64,000 nt of DNA from Azolla caroliniana (Eukaryota; Plantae; Polypodiophyta): the NCBI GenBank assembly GCA_043228905.1, contig JBHGNT010000010.1:22134001-22198000 (forward strand). The letters are read 5' to 3'. The translations under genes were made by a program, and so were the position numbers. A model generated the notes under the pieces. That model did no database searches and was not told where the DNA came from. It saw only the letters and a list, made by a program, of their open reading frames with translations. Of this stretch, positions 50,206 to 64,000 are shown piece after piece (position 1 is the stretch's first letter; each line of letters begins with the position of its first letter).

Positions 50206-52926
50206 AGAAGACACCAAAAGAAAATGCCAATAAAGTTTGTGCACCTGAATCTACTTCGAAGGATGCATTAGATGCCAAAAAACTATGGAAGAGAGAAAGG
50301 GAGGCAAAACATTATTATTAGAAGAATGCAAAAAGAAACAGAGGGTGCACTCTCCCTTGCTTGGAACATCACAAAATTCTTTGAAGATATATTTGCTATG
50401 GGGTGATGTTCTGGTATATGGAGCACATAGAGTTCGTCGTACGAGTTCGTATATGGAGCAATTGAAGGATGTCATCCTCAAGGTAGGTTATCAATATTGC
50501 CGTGCACGTGTAGGTGGACATTAAATGCTTAGTTTCCCATGCAATTGTGTGGTTTGATGAAGAATGCAAGGCTCATCTCAAAATGCTCAAGATCACTAAA
50601 TATAAAAAATGAGAATGCCCTAACATTGCATCAATATCAAAGAATGGGAGGAGAAAGAAGAGAATACTATCAAATGCAAGAAAAGAAGAAAACACAAATG
50701 CTTAAACTCCAACAAAAGTAAGCATAGACACAACTCAACAGCAAAAGGAAAGATGTACTCGGCGGATTCATGTAAGCTTTATATGCACGATGAGAAATGC
50801 TTGTGGCATTGAATATTGAAACACCAAATAGTGCATATGTGTCTATTGAAGATGTTAATAGAGGGCCAAAAATGAAGACCAATGGCAAAGCAACAAATGT
50901 AACTTTAATGATAAGTGAGCTCTTAAAATGGACAAGACTGCAAACTCATCAATCGATAGCAACTATCATGGATCAAGCTATCAAACAAGGTTTTCCGGAA
51001 GATTGGCTCATGAATTGGATTAAACCAATCCATAAAAGAGGTGATACAAAATTTGTATCAAACTATCATGGTTAGCTCAGCTATGGCCAAGTTATATAGT
51101 AGTATCATGGAACAAAAGATTAACTCGTGGGCTGAACATCATCACAAACAAGCACTAAGTCAAGCAAGCTTTAGACTAAAATATTCAACTATCGATCATT
51201 TGGTTACACTTAGAGTTATTATGGGAGAAGTTGATTTCAAGGGAAAACACTATATTGTTGTTTTGTGGACATCAAGAATTCTTTTGACATTGTAACAAGG
51301 AGTAAGCTTTGGAAAAGAATGATAGAGATCAGCATACCATTACAGTATACAACAATTGTGCACGATTGTATGACATTGTCCCAAGAAGTGAGCTTTGGAA
51401 AAGAATGACACAGATTAGAATATCATTAGAGTATACAACAACCGTAGCACGATTGTATGAGCAAGTTAGGCGCCAATTAAAAATGGATAGTAGTTTCTCA
51501 AAGTACCTTTTGAGCAACATGGGTGTCAAGCAAGGGTATCCAATGTCTCCCACACTTTTTGGTCTATTAATAAATAAGCTTGATGTAATAGTAAACCAAG
51601 GCTGCAAAAGAAGAAGATTGGATGGCCCAAAATTCACATATGAGCTTATTGTTATACTCCTATATGCTGATAATGTTATTTATATTTTGGATGATATGCA
51701 ACACTTTGATGTAATAGACACATTCTGTCAAATCAGTTGGCTAATTATTAATGTGGACAAAACACAAATGATGGCAATAAGGGCAATATAACCAAGACAC
51801 TAGATCACTTTAATATACAAGGGAGAACCAATACAAGTTGTGCAAAGTTTCAAATACCTTGGTATTAATGTCCCATTGACAAATAGGTGAAATGTATGCT
51901 ATAAGTCTAGACTTCAAGTGCGTTGGAATAGTTACTATATGTTTGAAAACCAATTCAACCAAAGTGATTCTCAAAGATGGGAAGTGAGGTTGATGCTATT
52001 CAATGTTATGGCAGTCCAAGTGGTGCTTTATGAAGTGAAAGTGTGAGGTGGCACTATCTCACTTAGTGCATGGAAGGAAATAGAGAAAATCCAGAAATTG
52101 TTCTTATGTAGACAATTGGGGATAAAATCCTCAACATCCTATCTATCACACTATTAGAAACAGGTGCTCAGCCCATACTGGTACTACCCATGCCAAGGGT
52201 ATACAAGTATATCACAAAAGTCAAGAATGTGCCAGGTCATAGATTGTCAAAACAAGCTTGGAACATAGGATGCTAAGTAGAGAAAAACTAATAAGAGCAA
52301 AATCCTTTCATTTAGCTAGGTTGAGATTACAAAATGATTTAAGAGATGCGAAGTAAAAGACATGGGAGCTCTCAAGTAATGCTATGAAGTATATGATCAT
52401 CGAGGATAAGATTACTAGAGGCACTAAGGATGAAGTGGCTGGATCCTAAAATATCAAAACTGGAATATTGCATTGCAAATATTAACCCCCAAATTGGCCC
52501 CAATACAACATAAAATGCCAAAATGTATACAATTGCATCTCTCACTAACCCCATGTGCCTTGGCTCTCGGAGAGCCTTAACACTTCTTCAAACTCGCTCA
52601 CCCAAGTTAGATATCATCATCCAAATATGAAGATATGCAAGGTATACAATGAAAACTTAGTGAAGGATGAATATCACTTACTTATTGCATGGTTAGTGTA
52701 TAAGGTAATCTGCAAGAGATATGATGGCTTGGAAGACAGGCATGATAATGTCATACCCAAATGTCCACCAAGGGTGAGCACATATGAGAGTGCATTGTTT
52801 TCATATAGAGAGTTTTTACTACAAAGTACTAGCCCCCTTCTTAGGAAGGAGCCACATACAAGATGATATGTTATTTGGTCCCATAGATCAAATTTGGCCT
52901 CCTCAAGGAAGATAAAACATCTATTC

Positions 52927-52984
<58 letters not shown>

Positions 52985-53045
52985 CAAGATATGTTATTTG
53001 GTCCCATAGGTCATATTTAACCTCCGAAGACGATAATATAATATA

Positions 53046-53081
<36 letters not shown>

Positions 53082-53896
53082 CTGTAAAAACACACAAGTA
53101 TATAATAAATGTGTGTGAAAAACAATACTTGCAATGGAGAAAGGTCACCCACTAACTACATGGGTAGTGGAATAAGTTGAATTGCCAATAAGCAAGACGA
53201 AACTCTATTGAGGAAAGAATTTCCACTTGCTTCCTAAATCTAATTAGAAAAAGTTTGAAATTTGTCCAAAAACATTTTCTTACAAAGTTTCTACAAGTTA
53301 AGAAACAAACGCCATACACCTCCTTGAGATGGGGTCACTTTCCATTGAGATCATGGCCATGGAATGGGTTTTTGAATACATGCTTAAGCAAATAAAAAGA
53401 TCCAAAAGACGTAAAAGAAATTTTTTGTGTTTTGGTTAGATGCAAGATATGGAAATTTGGTTTGGTAAATGGAATGCAATACACTTGCTTTATGATGCAT
53501 CACTAGATTCCTCTGTAAATAAGGCTTTTTTGCAATGCCAATGTATCATAACATGGGACAAATGTGGTACTACACATGTTACACCTACCTACAAAACCAT
53601 ATTCTTCATAGAATGAGGAAACCGTACACATCAATACATGTTAGAGCTCATCTTGTTTTCTGCCATTTGGACCACTGCTTTTATGTGACTTAGCTCATGT
53701 GAGACGGGGCGTTGGGGCACAAGTAATGAGAGTGGTTGACTATACACACTTTGTCCAAAACAAGTTCGAGAGTCTGAGTATCACACTTGGATACAATGCC
53801 GCTACTCACTTTCACATGTATTATGTGAAATGTAATATTTTTGGTCTCATAGATCAATATTTGACCTCCGAAGACAATAATAGAATCTCTCTCCCC

Positions 53897-53945
<49 letters not shown>

Positions 53946-56704
53946 TATGAAGACTTACAAACTCTGAAGTTGCCGTAAATGAGAGATATCATTAGTTAGA
54001 AAGCCCTTAATGCCTTGGTTATCAAGATCCCTGAACCAATCAAATAAAAAAAGCCAGATACATAAAACCAGAATTAGAATGGCATCACTTAAGAGACACT
54101 TGATAAACTAAACTGCAGAAAATGTAACACATACTTGCTTAGCATCATTATCTACTCTTATTCTCCTTGGATGTTGACAAAACATGGAGTTATATGGGAT
54201 TAGATGGTAATCAAGAGGCAGGAAACAAAATGGTGGCAATGTCAAGGATTTTGTATTTATTTCTATTGAAAACTAGATACAGAATAAATAAGCTATATAT
54301 TAAACCATAAAACTACTTCTTGAGCTTGCACTCTATACTACATGAAAACAGAAGACAATTTATACATGCTCACAATCTTGTATCTTCATACTTAATGAGC
54401 ACTTATCACGGGTAGGGGAAATTTCTTCTTGAGGAGAAGTGCAAGTGACAAGGGTGCTTGCATATAAGGTTCAAAGCTCTAACAATTATGGAAAACTAAA
54501 AACTATGTGAAGACATAATGGCTTATTCTGAGACTGATACTTACAATCCATCAATAACCCAACTATTGCTGTCATAATCAAATTGACAATCAATTCCATT
54601 CCAAGGATGCTCTTCAGGAACACAAGGATCACCATTCCATCCTAATCGTGAGGGTAATCCAAGGGTTTTCTTTAAAGACTGCAAAGCCCAAACTGTATAC
54701 CAATACAAATATATTCAGCTCTTTTTCGAAAAGACTAAATTTTGAAAACCACCGTTAAACATGTCCCAAACCAAAAGAGAACAGAAATCACCTTCTTCAT
54801 TCAGTGTGTTGTATTCTGTTTGTATAACCTGAAATATCTCAAACCCATTGACCAGAATTCCACCTTGACTTGGAGAGAAGGTAAGGGTTAAAAACCTTCC
54901 TTCAATTGGCACAAATGCATGGAGTATAACTGCAGAATAAGGTTTCCGCGCATGACCAATGATGTCAAAATCTTTAAAGATGGGATTACCATTGACAGAG
55001 ATGTCAAAGATCCTTTGCCCCTTCTCAGTAACATTTTTATCAATCTCTGCGAAGTATAGCCAAATCGAATAGTTGTTTTTGGGTTCAACTTCAAGAATAT
55101 AAGATAAACCAGACCCTACTAAGGTTTTTGATGCCGACTGGAAGACTGCTTCAGGAACTAGATTTGGTGCTTCCGATGCATGTTCTATACTATTTGTGGT
55201 GATTATTGACATACTCATTGCTGTCTCTAGGTCTTTATCTGTGGCCCAAAAACGATCACCTCCCCATACGTTAGCACTATAATCTACCCCATACTTTGAA
55301 TCCTTCGATCCACAGCTAATTCGTCGCACAGTCTTAAGAATCCTGTAGTCTTCTATTGCGGCATTGTATGCATCACCTAAGATTTGAAGTGCTTCTATAG
55401 ACAACACTGACGGATTTCCATGCCCTGTGCTGTGAAAACAAAGAGTAGCTGCACCATCGGTGATGAAAGCTCTGAATTCTGCATATGAGAGATCGGGAAC
55501 ATTGCTCCACCCTTGCTTTAGGGAATGCACAAGGGTTCCCTCAAGGGAAATAGCATAAAGAGGCTCTTTATTCGAGTTGTCAATTGGGCCAAATGCAAAG
55601 AAAACCCTTATCACATAGTGACCACTAGGCATAGTCAAGTTGTAGCAATTTTCTGGGCCATCAGATACATCAAAATATCTCAAAGTGTTAAAATCTGCAG
55701 GAGCATATCCACTGCGAACTGAGGCATTTGCTGCACTCCCCCCACTAAAGAACTCGTCTTTCGACCATATTGCATTTGAACCAGGCGGCCTTATGTCCAT
55801 AGAAGATCCACAGCTAATATGGATCATAAAAGGAAGACCTGCAAAGAATGAGCAATGATCCATCTTAGCAGCTTGTATTTCTGTGTCTATCTGATTTCCA
55901 TATCAGCATTAAGGAACCCATATTACATGATATATAAACTCAAACGTGGACAATAAATTCAGTCACATGAACGTAACTCCAACCAAAAATCAAGTAGAAT
56001 TTTCCATAGAGTCTGACATAATTAAAGTAGATACCTAACTGGTGAGAGCAAGGAGGGTGAAAGATTCCAGATGTCACGTAAAAACTTTTTGTCACTTCAA
56101 AGCATGACTGCCCCACGCAATACCATATGTTTGTGTTTCAAAATCTTATATTTGTATAGCAAAGTCATACAATCCATCAAAATGAACTACGGATTCTTTT
56201 TACACACAGAATTGCATAAGGTTATTTCCAAAGTAAATTTGCATGATTTACCAGACATGATGCCCAGTCTCCCACCATCGGATCATTACTGTTGCATATT
56301 TCTCATGCTTACGGACAAGTATTCATTGCAATTTATTTTAGAAAACATAACTTATAACCCTTCAAAAAGTTCTTATGGTACCATTTGGATTGGCAATAAA
56401 ATCTACAAATACAAGAGACATTCATGAAAAATTATCTTTGCGTAGAGAAAGAGATGGATTTTTGCCAGTGATTTAGATATAAAAAAAAATATTCTGCAAT
56501 TTTCGGAGGTAAAAAAAGGGCAACATCTCATAGCAATGCAGTAGTAACAAAATCCACAGCTGTGGGGAAAAAAGGACTAGAGAAAAAAAAATCATTTAAA
56601 AAATAAAGAAAAATTGTGACGAAATTGGGCAAACCTGACATGTCCTGAGCTCGGACGTGTTCAAATAATAGTAAGCTGACGATGAGGAGGTTCGTTAATC
56701 TCAT
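48629..56704 (-). CDS. RLP4: Receptor-like protein 4-like: signal peptide, malectin-like domain, LRRs, TM helix, short cytoplasmic tail; 9 exons, ~622 aa
   Basis: Exons 56704-56635, 55838-54792, 54692-54545, 54030-53959, 50144-50073, 49899-49828, 49619-49542, 49012-48828, 48753-48629 total 1869 nt, in frame. Motifs: DGPENCY, CFHSTGHGNP, WGGDRFW, GWNGDPCVPEEHPW, 72-nt LRR exons, GLCGIPGL, KRRQNILRAQ, APYAK; no kinase domain. Confidence 0.9.
50330..52930 (+). mobile_element. Degenerate LINE (non-LTR retrotransposon) RT region in an RLP4 intron, antisense to the gene
   Basis: Fragmented motifs IKPIHKRGD, QASFR, GVKQGYPMSPTLFGL, LLYADN, FKYLGI; internal ~87-bp duplication at ~51283-51460; ends at a (CT)n tract. 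5' boundary approximate. Confidence 0.8.
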
Positions 56705-57989
56705 GATTAGGTCTTCAGCCGCGACTCTGAGTAATAATTGAAAGAGAGAGAAGTAGATGTAGGTCTTGAAAGGTCAGGAAGGAAGCAAAGGATGTGCAAT
56801 TTTCAGTGCGAAGAAAGGAAGAAAGGAAGGAAAAGAAAAGCGAGGGGATGATGCTTCGCTTCTTATGTGGGGCAGCTGCTTCGACACTATTGCTACTGCT
56901 ACTGCTGCTGCTGCTGGTAGGACAGGCCTACAGAATCTAAGTAAGACCTTGTCACTATTATTAGAGACATAGATTGAACAAATTTGAGTTTGAGAGATGT
57001 TAATGTTTGCCTCCCCCTCTGTAAATTGTAAGTTTATGTTTTATTCCTTACTTAACTTGCCTCGCATTGGGAGCATTAATCATTTATCTATGTATCCATT
57101 TGGGACCCATTTTTCGGATAAATTTTAAAACCCGGAGGAGAACGAGAGAAAGAAAGAAAGAAAGATATATTAACGTCTTCTAAAGCCAAATTTGGCCCGT
57201 GAGACAATTGGTGTACAACAAAATATAGGGTATTTACCCAATCTGCCCTCTATCAAGTAGCCTTCCCGCGGGTAAATCATAGATCTTTGTTGCCTTTTAT
57301 GCCATTCATCCATTGTTTTCTGTGAGTTCCTCTTTCTTATGTCAAGTCATCCCAAGTGATTGTCGTCGCGTGGGAATGCCTCCAAATGTACTTGACAGAT
57401 TGAGCCTTTCATTAATGTCGAGAAAACGTTTTCATGTATCATGCATGAGTAGGTTCTCTATCTATGTCGAGGGAAGTGATGCCCCGGATGCCCATAACAC
57501 CACCTAAATCAAGGTTTTTCCCAAAACATTGTTATGTGTCTTATGCGGGTACTCTTAATGCCATATATCAAAGTTATTCACAAGCTATTTAATAAAAACA
57601 ATAAGAGCTTATTCTCGAGTATTTTTAACGTGTCAATGTCTTCTAGGTAGCTAGTTCCCTATATATAGCTACCTCAAGCTCCTAGATCGATGTTTGTTTG
57701 TGTTTAGCACATAGTGTGCATATCAACTAAACCTACTTCATGTGTGCATTGTCATCATCATCGTTCCATTAAACGGTGTTGTGTGTTTTGTAGGAGAACA
57801 ATTTGTGTAGGCATTTGTAAAAATGGTTGTCATTTGTCGTTCTCATGGGAAGTAAATAATGAGCAATAATTAGAACAACTAGATTCAGACGATTTTAAAA
57901 TGCAATCAATGATTCATCACCAATGCCTACTGTGACAACTATGGTGGATTGTATATGATGAATCACAACGCAAACTCTATGTCAACAAG

Positions 57990-58320
57990 CACTATTGAGG
58001 CGAATGGCATGTAGTTCATCGACTTGGGGGCATCTAATAATGTGACAAGCCACAATGAATGGTCTGGCAAATTGCAAAATTTTTAGCTATGTCACAATGT
58101 GGAGACGAATGATGTCATCACTTACTTCATTCATTGTGTCAATGATATTCCGTTTGATGACAATGAAGAATGTTAGAAATGCATAAAATATGTCTTGCAT
58201 GCTCCCACTTTTACAAAGATCGTAGTGTTGACAATAAACATAATGGAGCAAGTCATGCTAGTGCAACTCAACAATTGCAAGTTATTCATCAAATATCTCA
58301 AGGACAATCACTAACCGCTT
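57990..58320 (+). mobile_element. Highly decayed copia protease-region fragment
   Basis: ttcatcgacttgggggcatctaataatgtgacaagccac...gtggagac...gtcttgcatgctcccact reads as an eroded DSGASNHVTSH...VET...VLHVPT, collinear with copia A 17026-17270. Confidence 0.5.
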
Positions 58321-59708
58321 GCTTGTGGACAAAAAAAATATTGGTGTCACGACAATTGTCACACACTTAGGGACCCTTTGAGAGAAGGTTTATAGTTTGC
58401 CCTATATTGTTCTTCATTGTTAAACTAAATTACAATTATGCCCCTTTCACACTTTTTTTGCTATAAAGGTTTGTATATATTACCTTTATACCCTCAAATG
58501 TTAGGCTCTCTCTATTTGCTTGCTTCTATGGGGAGTTCTTGATGTATCTTTCACTATAACATCAAAGTTGAGATGTCTTGCTGATACTTAATATTCCTCG
58601 CTATGAGAATGTAAGTTTTGACTTTGGGAGTCATTTACATCTATTCTGCTGTAATATGAAGGCCAATAGGTTGTGTGACAAGTTAGATTATCAATGTTTT
58701 GGTTTGTTTGTGACCTCTAATCGATGAGATGGGCTTTAATTGAATGTCGATTCTATTTTAGACTACAATATCATGTGTAACAAGTTATAACGTTTCATGA
58801 ATTGATATCGTGCCTCGTCAAGCGAACAACCATGTTGAATGCCATGATGTATCTTAACCATGTTTCATCACATTCTGTTGCGGTTGTTGCTTGGTTTTTC
58901 CTCGACAAAGTATAAGATCAATCATATCAACAATGAAATCTCAGATATTTGCTTCTCGGGTTTCTCAAATGCTATTCCTCAAAAGTGTGACATTATTTTA
59001 TATATATGTTCCTCGAGTACATGTACACATACATATCATTGTCAATGTTATGCTTGTATTCACAATTTGTGGAGTATTAAACATTAGGATAACATGAAAA
59101 GTCGCTTGCCCACTGGCTACAACAAAAGAAATTTATTTGAAGAATCTTCGTATCAATGTATATTTAACCGTTCCATATACATACATAATACATATGAAAT
59201 CTCTTCAAAGCTCGATGAGGCAAAAGTATATTCTAAACTTGCATCAAAGGGCAAACCTTATAAATTGTCATAGGAAGTTGATACACACGAGCCATCCAAG
59301 ATAAGTCATCAATTTGATCAATGTAGACACTTATGAAATGGTTTGACACTTCATAAATATACATGTGGTTCAAATTTCAAAAGATGGTTATAATTTTTGG
59401 GGTACTTTCTATGAGCACCCCAATACCAATGGTTTTATATATAGTTCATGTTTCCCATTTGTTGTTTTGCAATAATGGTAAATAAGAAAATGAATAATCC
59501 ATGGGGATATGTTGCTTGTATTTAACGAAACGCTTAAAGTTCTTTTACCACTAACTGCAAATGTGTTATCGAGAAGGTTAATTTGAAAGTGTGCTTGTTG
59601 AAGTATGAGTTTGCATAAATGTTCAAGTAGACCAAGGCATCATTAGGAATAACCATGGTGAAGATATTGAGGAAAATATCATTTGCCGTATGTTGGAAAT
59701 TTGCTTGC

Positions 59709-59808
59709 NNNNNNNNNNNNNNNNNNNNNNNNNNNNNNNNNNNNNNNNNNNNNNNNNNNNNNNNNNNNNNNNNNNNNNNNNNNNNNNNNNNNNNNNNNNN
59801 NNNNNNNN
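59709..59808. other. Assembly gap (100 N)
   Basis: Run of exactly 100 N. Confidence 0.99.
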
Positions 59809-60589
59809 CCTCCTCTTTTGCAAGTACAACCTCCTCCTTAGACAATAGGCTACAAAGAAACAACAATACGGGATCATAGACAGAGGCTCGAAGCAATGTG
59901 GTAACCACAATGTTCCATCTTTTGCCCCAGAAGTCAGACAAAGAAGAAGCCATGAAAGGTGAGTTATGGGCGGGATGAGTATCCACTCCCACCATGTAGT
60001 AAGCTATCAAACTTAGCCCGCTAATATACGTCTGCAAACCCACGTAGACCTCCACACAAATGAGTGCATAGAGGAACCATATTGAGATCTTGTGTCGAAA
60101 ATACATACAACAATTAACCACTGAAACGAGGCTGAAGAAACTGAGAAGGAATAAGGTAATTGAGGGCGGTTTGTATGAGCTCCTAGTAGTAGTAGTGGTA
60201 GTAGTAACAGGGTGTCCATTAGTAGTATTTGATCTTTTCATGAGTGCCGCGGGTCCTTTGATTCGGAGTGGTGCAAGGATGTAGAAGATGAAGTAGGAAA
60301 AGGAGGTGTAAGGAGGAGGAGGAGGAGGTGTAAGGGGAGTGCGGTCGATGGAGATGTCCCAGCAGAGGAGGAGGAGCTTGGTCGGGCAGACCCAGAGGAA
60401 GCAGAAGGCGAGGAAGGATCGGAGGGAGTGAATAGGGATGGTGAAGGGGAACCATACGAGGAGTGGTAAGGAAGGCAGGAACACAAACAGAAAGCGAGGG
60501 ATACCCCGCGGTAGCTTCTGGAGGAGAAGAAAAGCCAAGGTAAGGCACAGCAAGACCAAGGCACTGCTCTGCTTCACCCCTCCCTCCAT
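59809..60589 (-). CDS. MBOAT-family long-chain-alcohol O-fatty-acyltransferase (wax synthase/sterol acyltransferase-like); 3' end lost in the gap
   Basis: Intronless hydrophobic ORF with LPRGIPRF, FCFLWVCPTKLLL and PFMASSLSDFWGKRWNIVVTTLLRASVYDP, typical of the plant wax-synthase MBOAT family. Confidence 0.85.
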
Positions 60590-61800
60590 ACCTCTCTGTC
60601 TCTGCCTCTCTCTCTCTCTCTCTGTGAGACTGTGTATTTCTCTCTAACGCGCGATCTCTCAAACGCGAGGCAAACAGACAACAGTTCTAAGAAGATGGAA
60701 GGAATGCCTTCTCTTCTCTTCTCTTCTCTTCTCTTCCTCTTCTCTTCTCTTCTGACCTTTTATTTACATATATCAATATTTATTTGCACTTATATCCTAT
60801 AAAATATTTCAACGTGCCCCCATTTCCCATGGGAACAGCAAAGCCATGATAAAGCCATGAATTTTGAGACACAGTATCTCCCAACCTAGACTCTTATTGT
60901 TCATATCTCTCAATTTCCATGTGAACATCAAAGTCATTAAGTCTTAATAAGTAATATTTTTCCAATATGGACAAATGGGAAATTTCTCACACCAATCTTG
61001 TCCCATACTTTTAGACCCACCTTAGGTCAAGGCCCAAGGGATAAGACTCAACATGCAAATATTTTCTAAAGTGGAATTGTGACAAAACTAGAACAATATT
61101 TCGTCGGTTGAGAAATTAAATTGACCAAATACTAGATGGACCTTACGTGCTTGTCACGCAATAGCCCCTCAAGGGGATCTAGGCGGGGATAACGAGTTGG
61201 AGAAATGGAATTTCGTGCGTTGGGAGGGTTTCAATGCTTCTTATCGATTAGAAGAGGTGCTTATGATCAAATCGGATCATATCCAAGCTCGTATTGACTT
61301 AGCACAAAGCTCTATGAAGACACCTCACCTCAATTGTGTTATTATGCTCGAGGAAATATTTGTCAACTATTTGTGGGAAGACGGCCTCGTTTACACCTAG
61401 GTTGTATATTTCACCTCCTAGCCATTTCTCTTATATGCTCTATCTGGACTAAAGTAAGTCTTGCATTAGTTTTGGACAATGCAAGTTATCGTTCATCACC
61501 TTATGTTCTTTCAACATGTGTGGGGTTGTCTAGATCTCAACCTATTTAATTCCATGACATGGTCAAAGACTTTTGAAAGGCTGAGAACAAATAATGTTGG
61601 TGAGCCTAAGTTCTTTCAAAGGGATGTCAAAATCCTTAAGGGAGATTTTGAAATTCCATCAAATAATAACGAGTCAAAACACTTCTTGACAATCCTCCAT
61701 TTGTTTGTATAAGTTTGTAGTAATAAGTGTTTGGCGACAATATCATACTTGTATCATGTTGACTATTTGCCTTGTTATTGGAAAGCAATGGTTGTGTGAC

Positions 61801-61922
61801 GCCACATTTCCCAATTGCATTATCTCCAAATAAATTCCATGCATGTCATGTTATAAGGTTGGCCACATTTCCCAATTGCATTATCTCCAAATAAATTCCA
61901 TGCATGTCATGTTATAAGGTTG
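61801..61922. repeat. Perfect 61-bp tandem duplication
   Basis: gccacatttcccaattgc...ttataaggttg occurs twice head to tail. Confidence 0.95.
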
Positions 61923-62339
61923 ACAACGGTTAAGAGTAGATTTGTAACATAAAACATGAGTCTAGATTACAAGGGCATCAATTCAAAACCATAGTTAAGC
62001 TTCAATTCAATTATATCTATGGATGCTATTGATGAAAAATGACAAATGCCATCTTCATATTTCTATGTATGATTTTGGACGTGATTCTTTCCAGAAATGT
62101 GCTCCAAAGCAAAATATTTAGAGCTAAAAATGACTCAATTTTGGCATTACGGATTTATAACACTTTTCATGTCGCCCATTCAAGGCTACTTTCATAAGAA
62201 TTTGACTCGCATATCTCAAAGGGGAGATATTTATAATGGAACTGGTTTCATTATAGGGTCATATTACAACTGCAAATATCCTCTTCGTATTGCATTCCCA
62301 TCTAAAAGACACGTAGGAAGCAGGAATTAAGCACTATGA

Positions 62340-62513
62340 CACATAAAGAACGTATTCTAGAATGCCCTAAAACGTTCTATTAAACTTCCACCTCTTCAAA
62401 AATAAAGATTGGCTCCTCAAACGCCACATAAAGAACGTATTCTAGAATGCCCTAAAACGTTCTATTAAACTTCCACCTCTTTAAAAATAAAGATTGGCTC
62501 CTTCTCAAACGCC
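62340..62513. repeat. Tandem duplication, ~86-bp unit
   Basis: cacataaagaacgtattctagaatgccc...caaacgcc occurs twice. Confidence 0.9.
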
Positions 62514-62748
62514 ATATTATTTGCCCATTTATTTTACAGCTTGCCACTTGAATACACTAATGCTTACATTAATTATTTACGGCTTAAGGACATCTCCTTA
62601 AAAAGCTAGCCTCTTATGTCCTCCTATTGCATTCATTAATTTCCCATTACAACTTGCGTCTTGGATGCCTTCAATGAATTCCAGAAAACTCCATCCTTTA
62701 AGTTAATAAAGTCAGAATTCATACCTACAAGCATCATGCATATTAAAG

Positions 62749-63649
62749 TCACTGATTCTGACAGGAAAAGAATAGTTGTCAAAACACATTGCCAGTACAA
62801 TAACAAAAAAAGAGATAAATGCATTACCATTGGAGTAAATTCGAGAGCAACACTCAATTCTCCTTGAGGCTGTCCACTGGGTCCAAGAACTTTGTACCTT
62901 GTTGGAGGCACACGGCCGTCTGCGAAAACCTTATGCAATGGAACCCTGCACACGTGAGCGCAAGCAATCATCAAGATACTGACATATAATCACAGAATGA
63001 TCCATTCCACCATCATTGAACAAGTCACCTTCACCTCTAAGATGATCACAAAACGAATCATTATGATCCCTTGCATGATCATTGAACAAAACATTATGAT
63101 CACCCAAACAATCATTGACAAACTAATAAGATCCTCACACAATCCTTATCTCGCTAAGAACATCACCCATGTAAATGCCAGGCCATCAAAAGGCTACTCA
63201 CACAGCAGTTCCCAAAGGGTCGTCAGCACTTAAGTCATCTTTGTCAAAGATCTTAATTAAAACCTCTGTAACTTCATTATCAATATTAAAAGAGAACTGC
63301 TGATTCCAGATTGGATCCATCGTTCCTGCATTCAGTTTAAATACATAGCAATTAAAATCATGAAAAAAAGAGGAACCTGAGGTTTTGATGTAAATTTCTA
63401 AAAGTTCTAGTCTTGGCTATACCATTCATTACTCGGCTTTTATGAATTTGCTGGTAGCAATAAATGGCTGCATACGGATCAGATTTTCCTGCTAACAGAG
63501 AGAGAATAAGTAAGACATTAGCTGAACACAACCATCATGAAAAATAGGGAAGCAACATGCTATCTGGGGGCTTAAATCTCACCAAATGTATCTGTGTCCA
63601 GAAGACCGTGAGCCTCTAAAAGATGGACATCTAATATTCCATGATGAAC
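62749..63649 (-). CDS. Small C2-domain (Ca2+/lipid-binding, elicitor-responsive-like) protein, 5'-incomplete
   Basis: Exons ~63649-63583, 63488-63423, 63325-63202 and 62945-62828 splice in frame to GILDVHLLEAHGLLDTDTFGKSDPYA...DPIWNQQFSF...IKIFDKDDLSADDPLGT...GELSVALEFTP. Start codon not located (may be outside the window); last micro-exon uncertain. Confidence 0.8.
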
Positions 63650-63774
63650 CTGGACGGCATTGTTAATAAGAATGCTGAAAAATAAATACATTTGAGATCT
63701 ATGATGAAGGAAACTATGAATAACCATTGAAAACTATCATCAACGAGTAAATGCATTAAAGAAAAAATTATCTA

Positions 63775-64000
63775 CAAAATGTAATCTAATGAATCAAATA
63801 TTAAAAACAGCAATGCTTTACCTTAACAAAATAAATGAGTCAAGGAATTCTAAGCACAAAATGTATTCTCATGATCAAAGGATTAAAAACAGCAATGCTT
63901 TACCTTAACAAAATAAATGTCTTAAGGAATTCTAATTACAAAATGTATTCTAATGAATCAATGGATTAAAAACAGCAATGCTTTACCTTAACAAAATAAA
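63775..64000. repeat. Tandem repeat, ~80-bp unit, ~3 copies, running off the window end
   Basis: attaaaaacagcaatgctttaccttaacaaaataaa occurs three times. Confidence 0.9.

Noticed and set aside
41378-63649. HMA5, RLP4, MBOAT and C2 genes as a functional cluster
   Set aside because: Unrelated pathways in mixed orientation; nothing in the sequence supports co-function.

Overview
Intron-containing land-plant genomic DNA; the repeat types suggest a non-seed plant such as a fern, but that is inference. Six host genes can be read: a 13-exon TEL2/TELO2 (minus, 492-6250, with one clear and one possible U12-type intron), a group-A ABI5/AREB-like bZIP (minus, 8162-10069), an HMA5-like Cu P1B-ATPase (plus, 41378-46729), an RLP4-like malectin-like/LRR receptor-like protein (minus, 48629-56704), an MBOAT wax-synthase-like gene cut by a 100-N assembly gap, and a 5'-incomplete C2-domain gene. 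About 14-36.5 kb is a retroelement block. A 3'-truncated, tRNA-Trp-primed Ty3/gypsy element (minus, 14036-31590) carries two nested, unrelated, full-length Ty1/copia elements (TSDs CCAAG and CTTGG). It is followed by a decayed third copia and by a 711-bp element with two inverted LTR-like ends flanked by a 5-bp direct repeat. The most unusual observations are that inverted-LTR element, tRNA-like A/B-box cassettes inside two different LTRs, a copia with a duplicated polypurine tract and an ~190-aa Pol extension, and near-identical target sites for the two nested copias. All calls come from manual reading; no database search was run.
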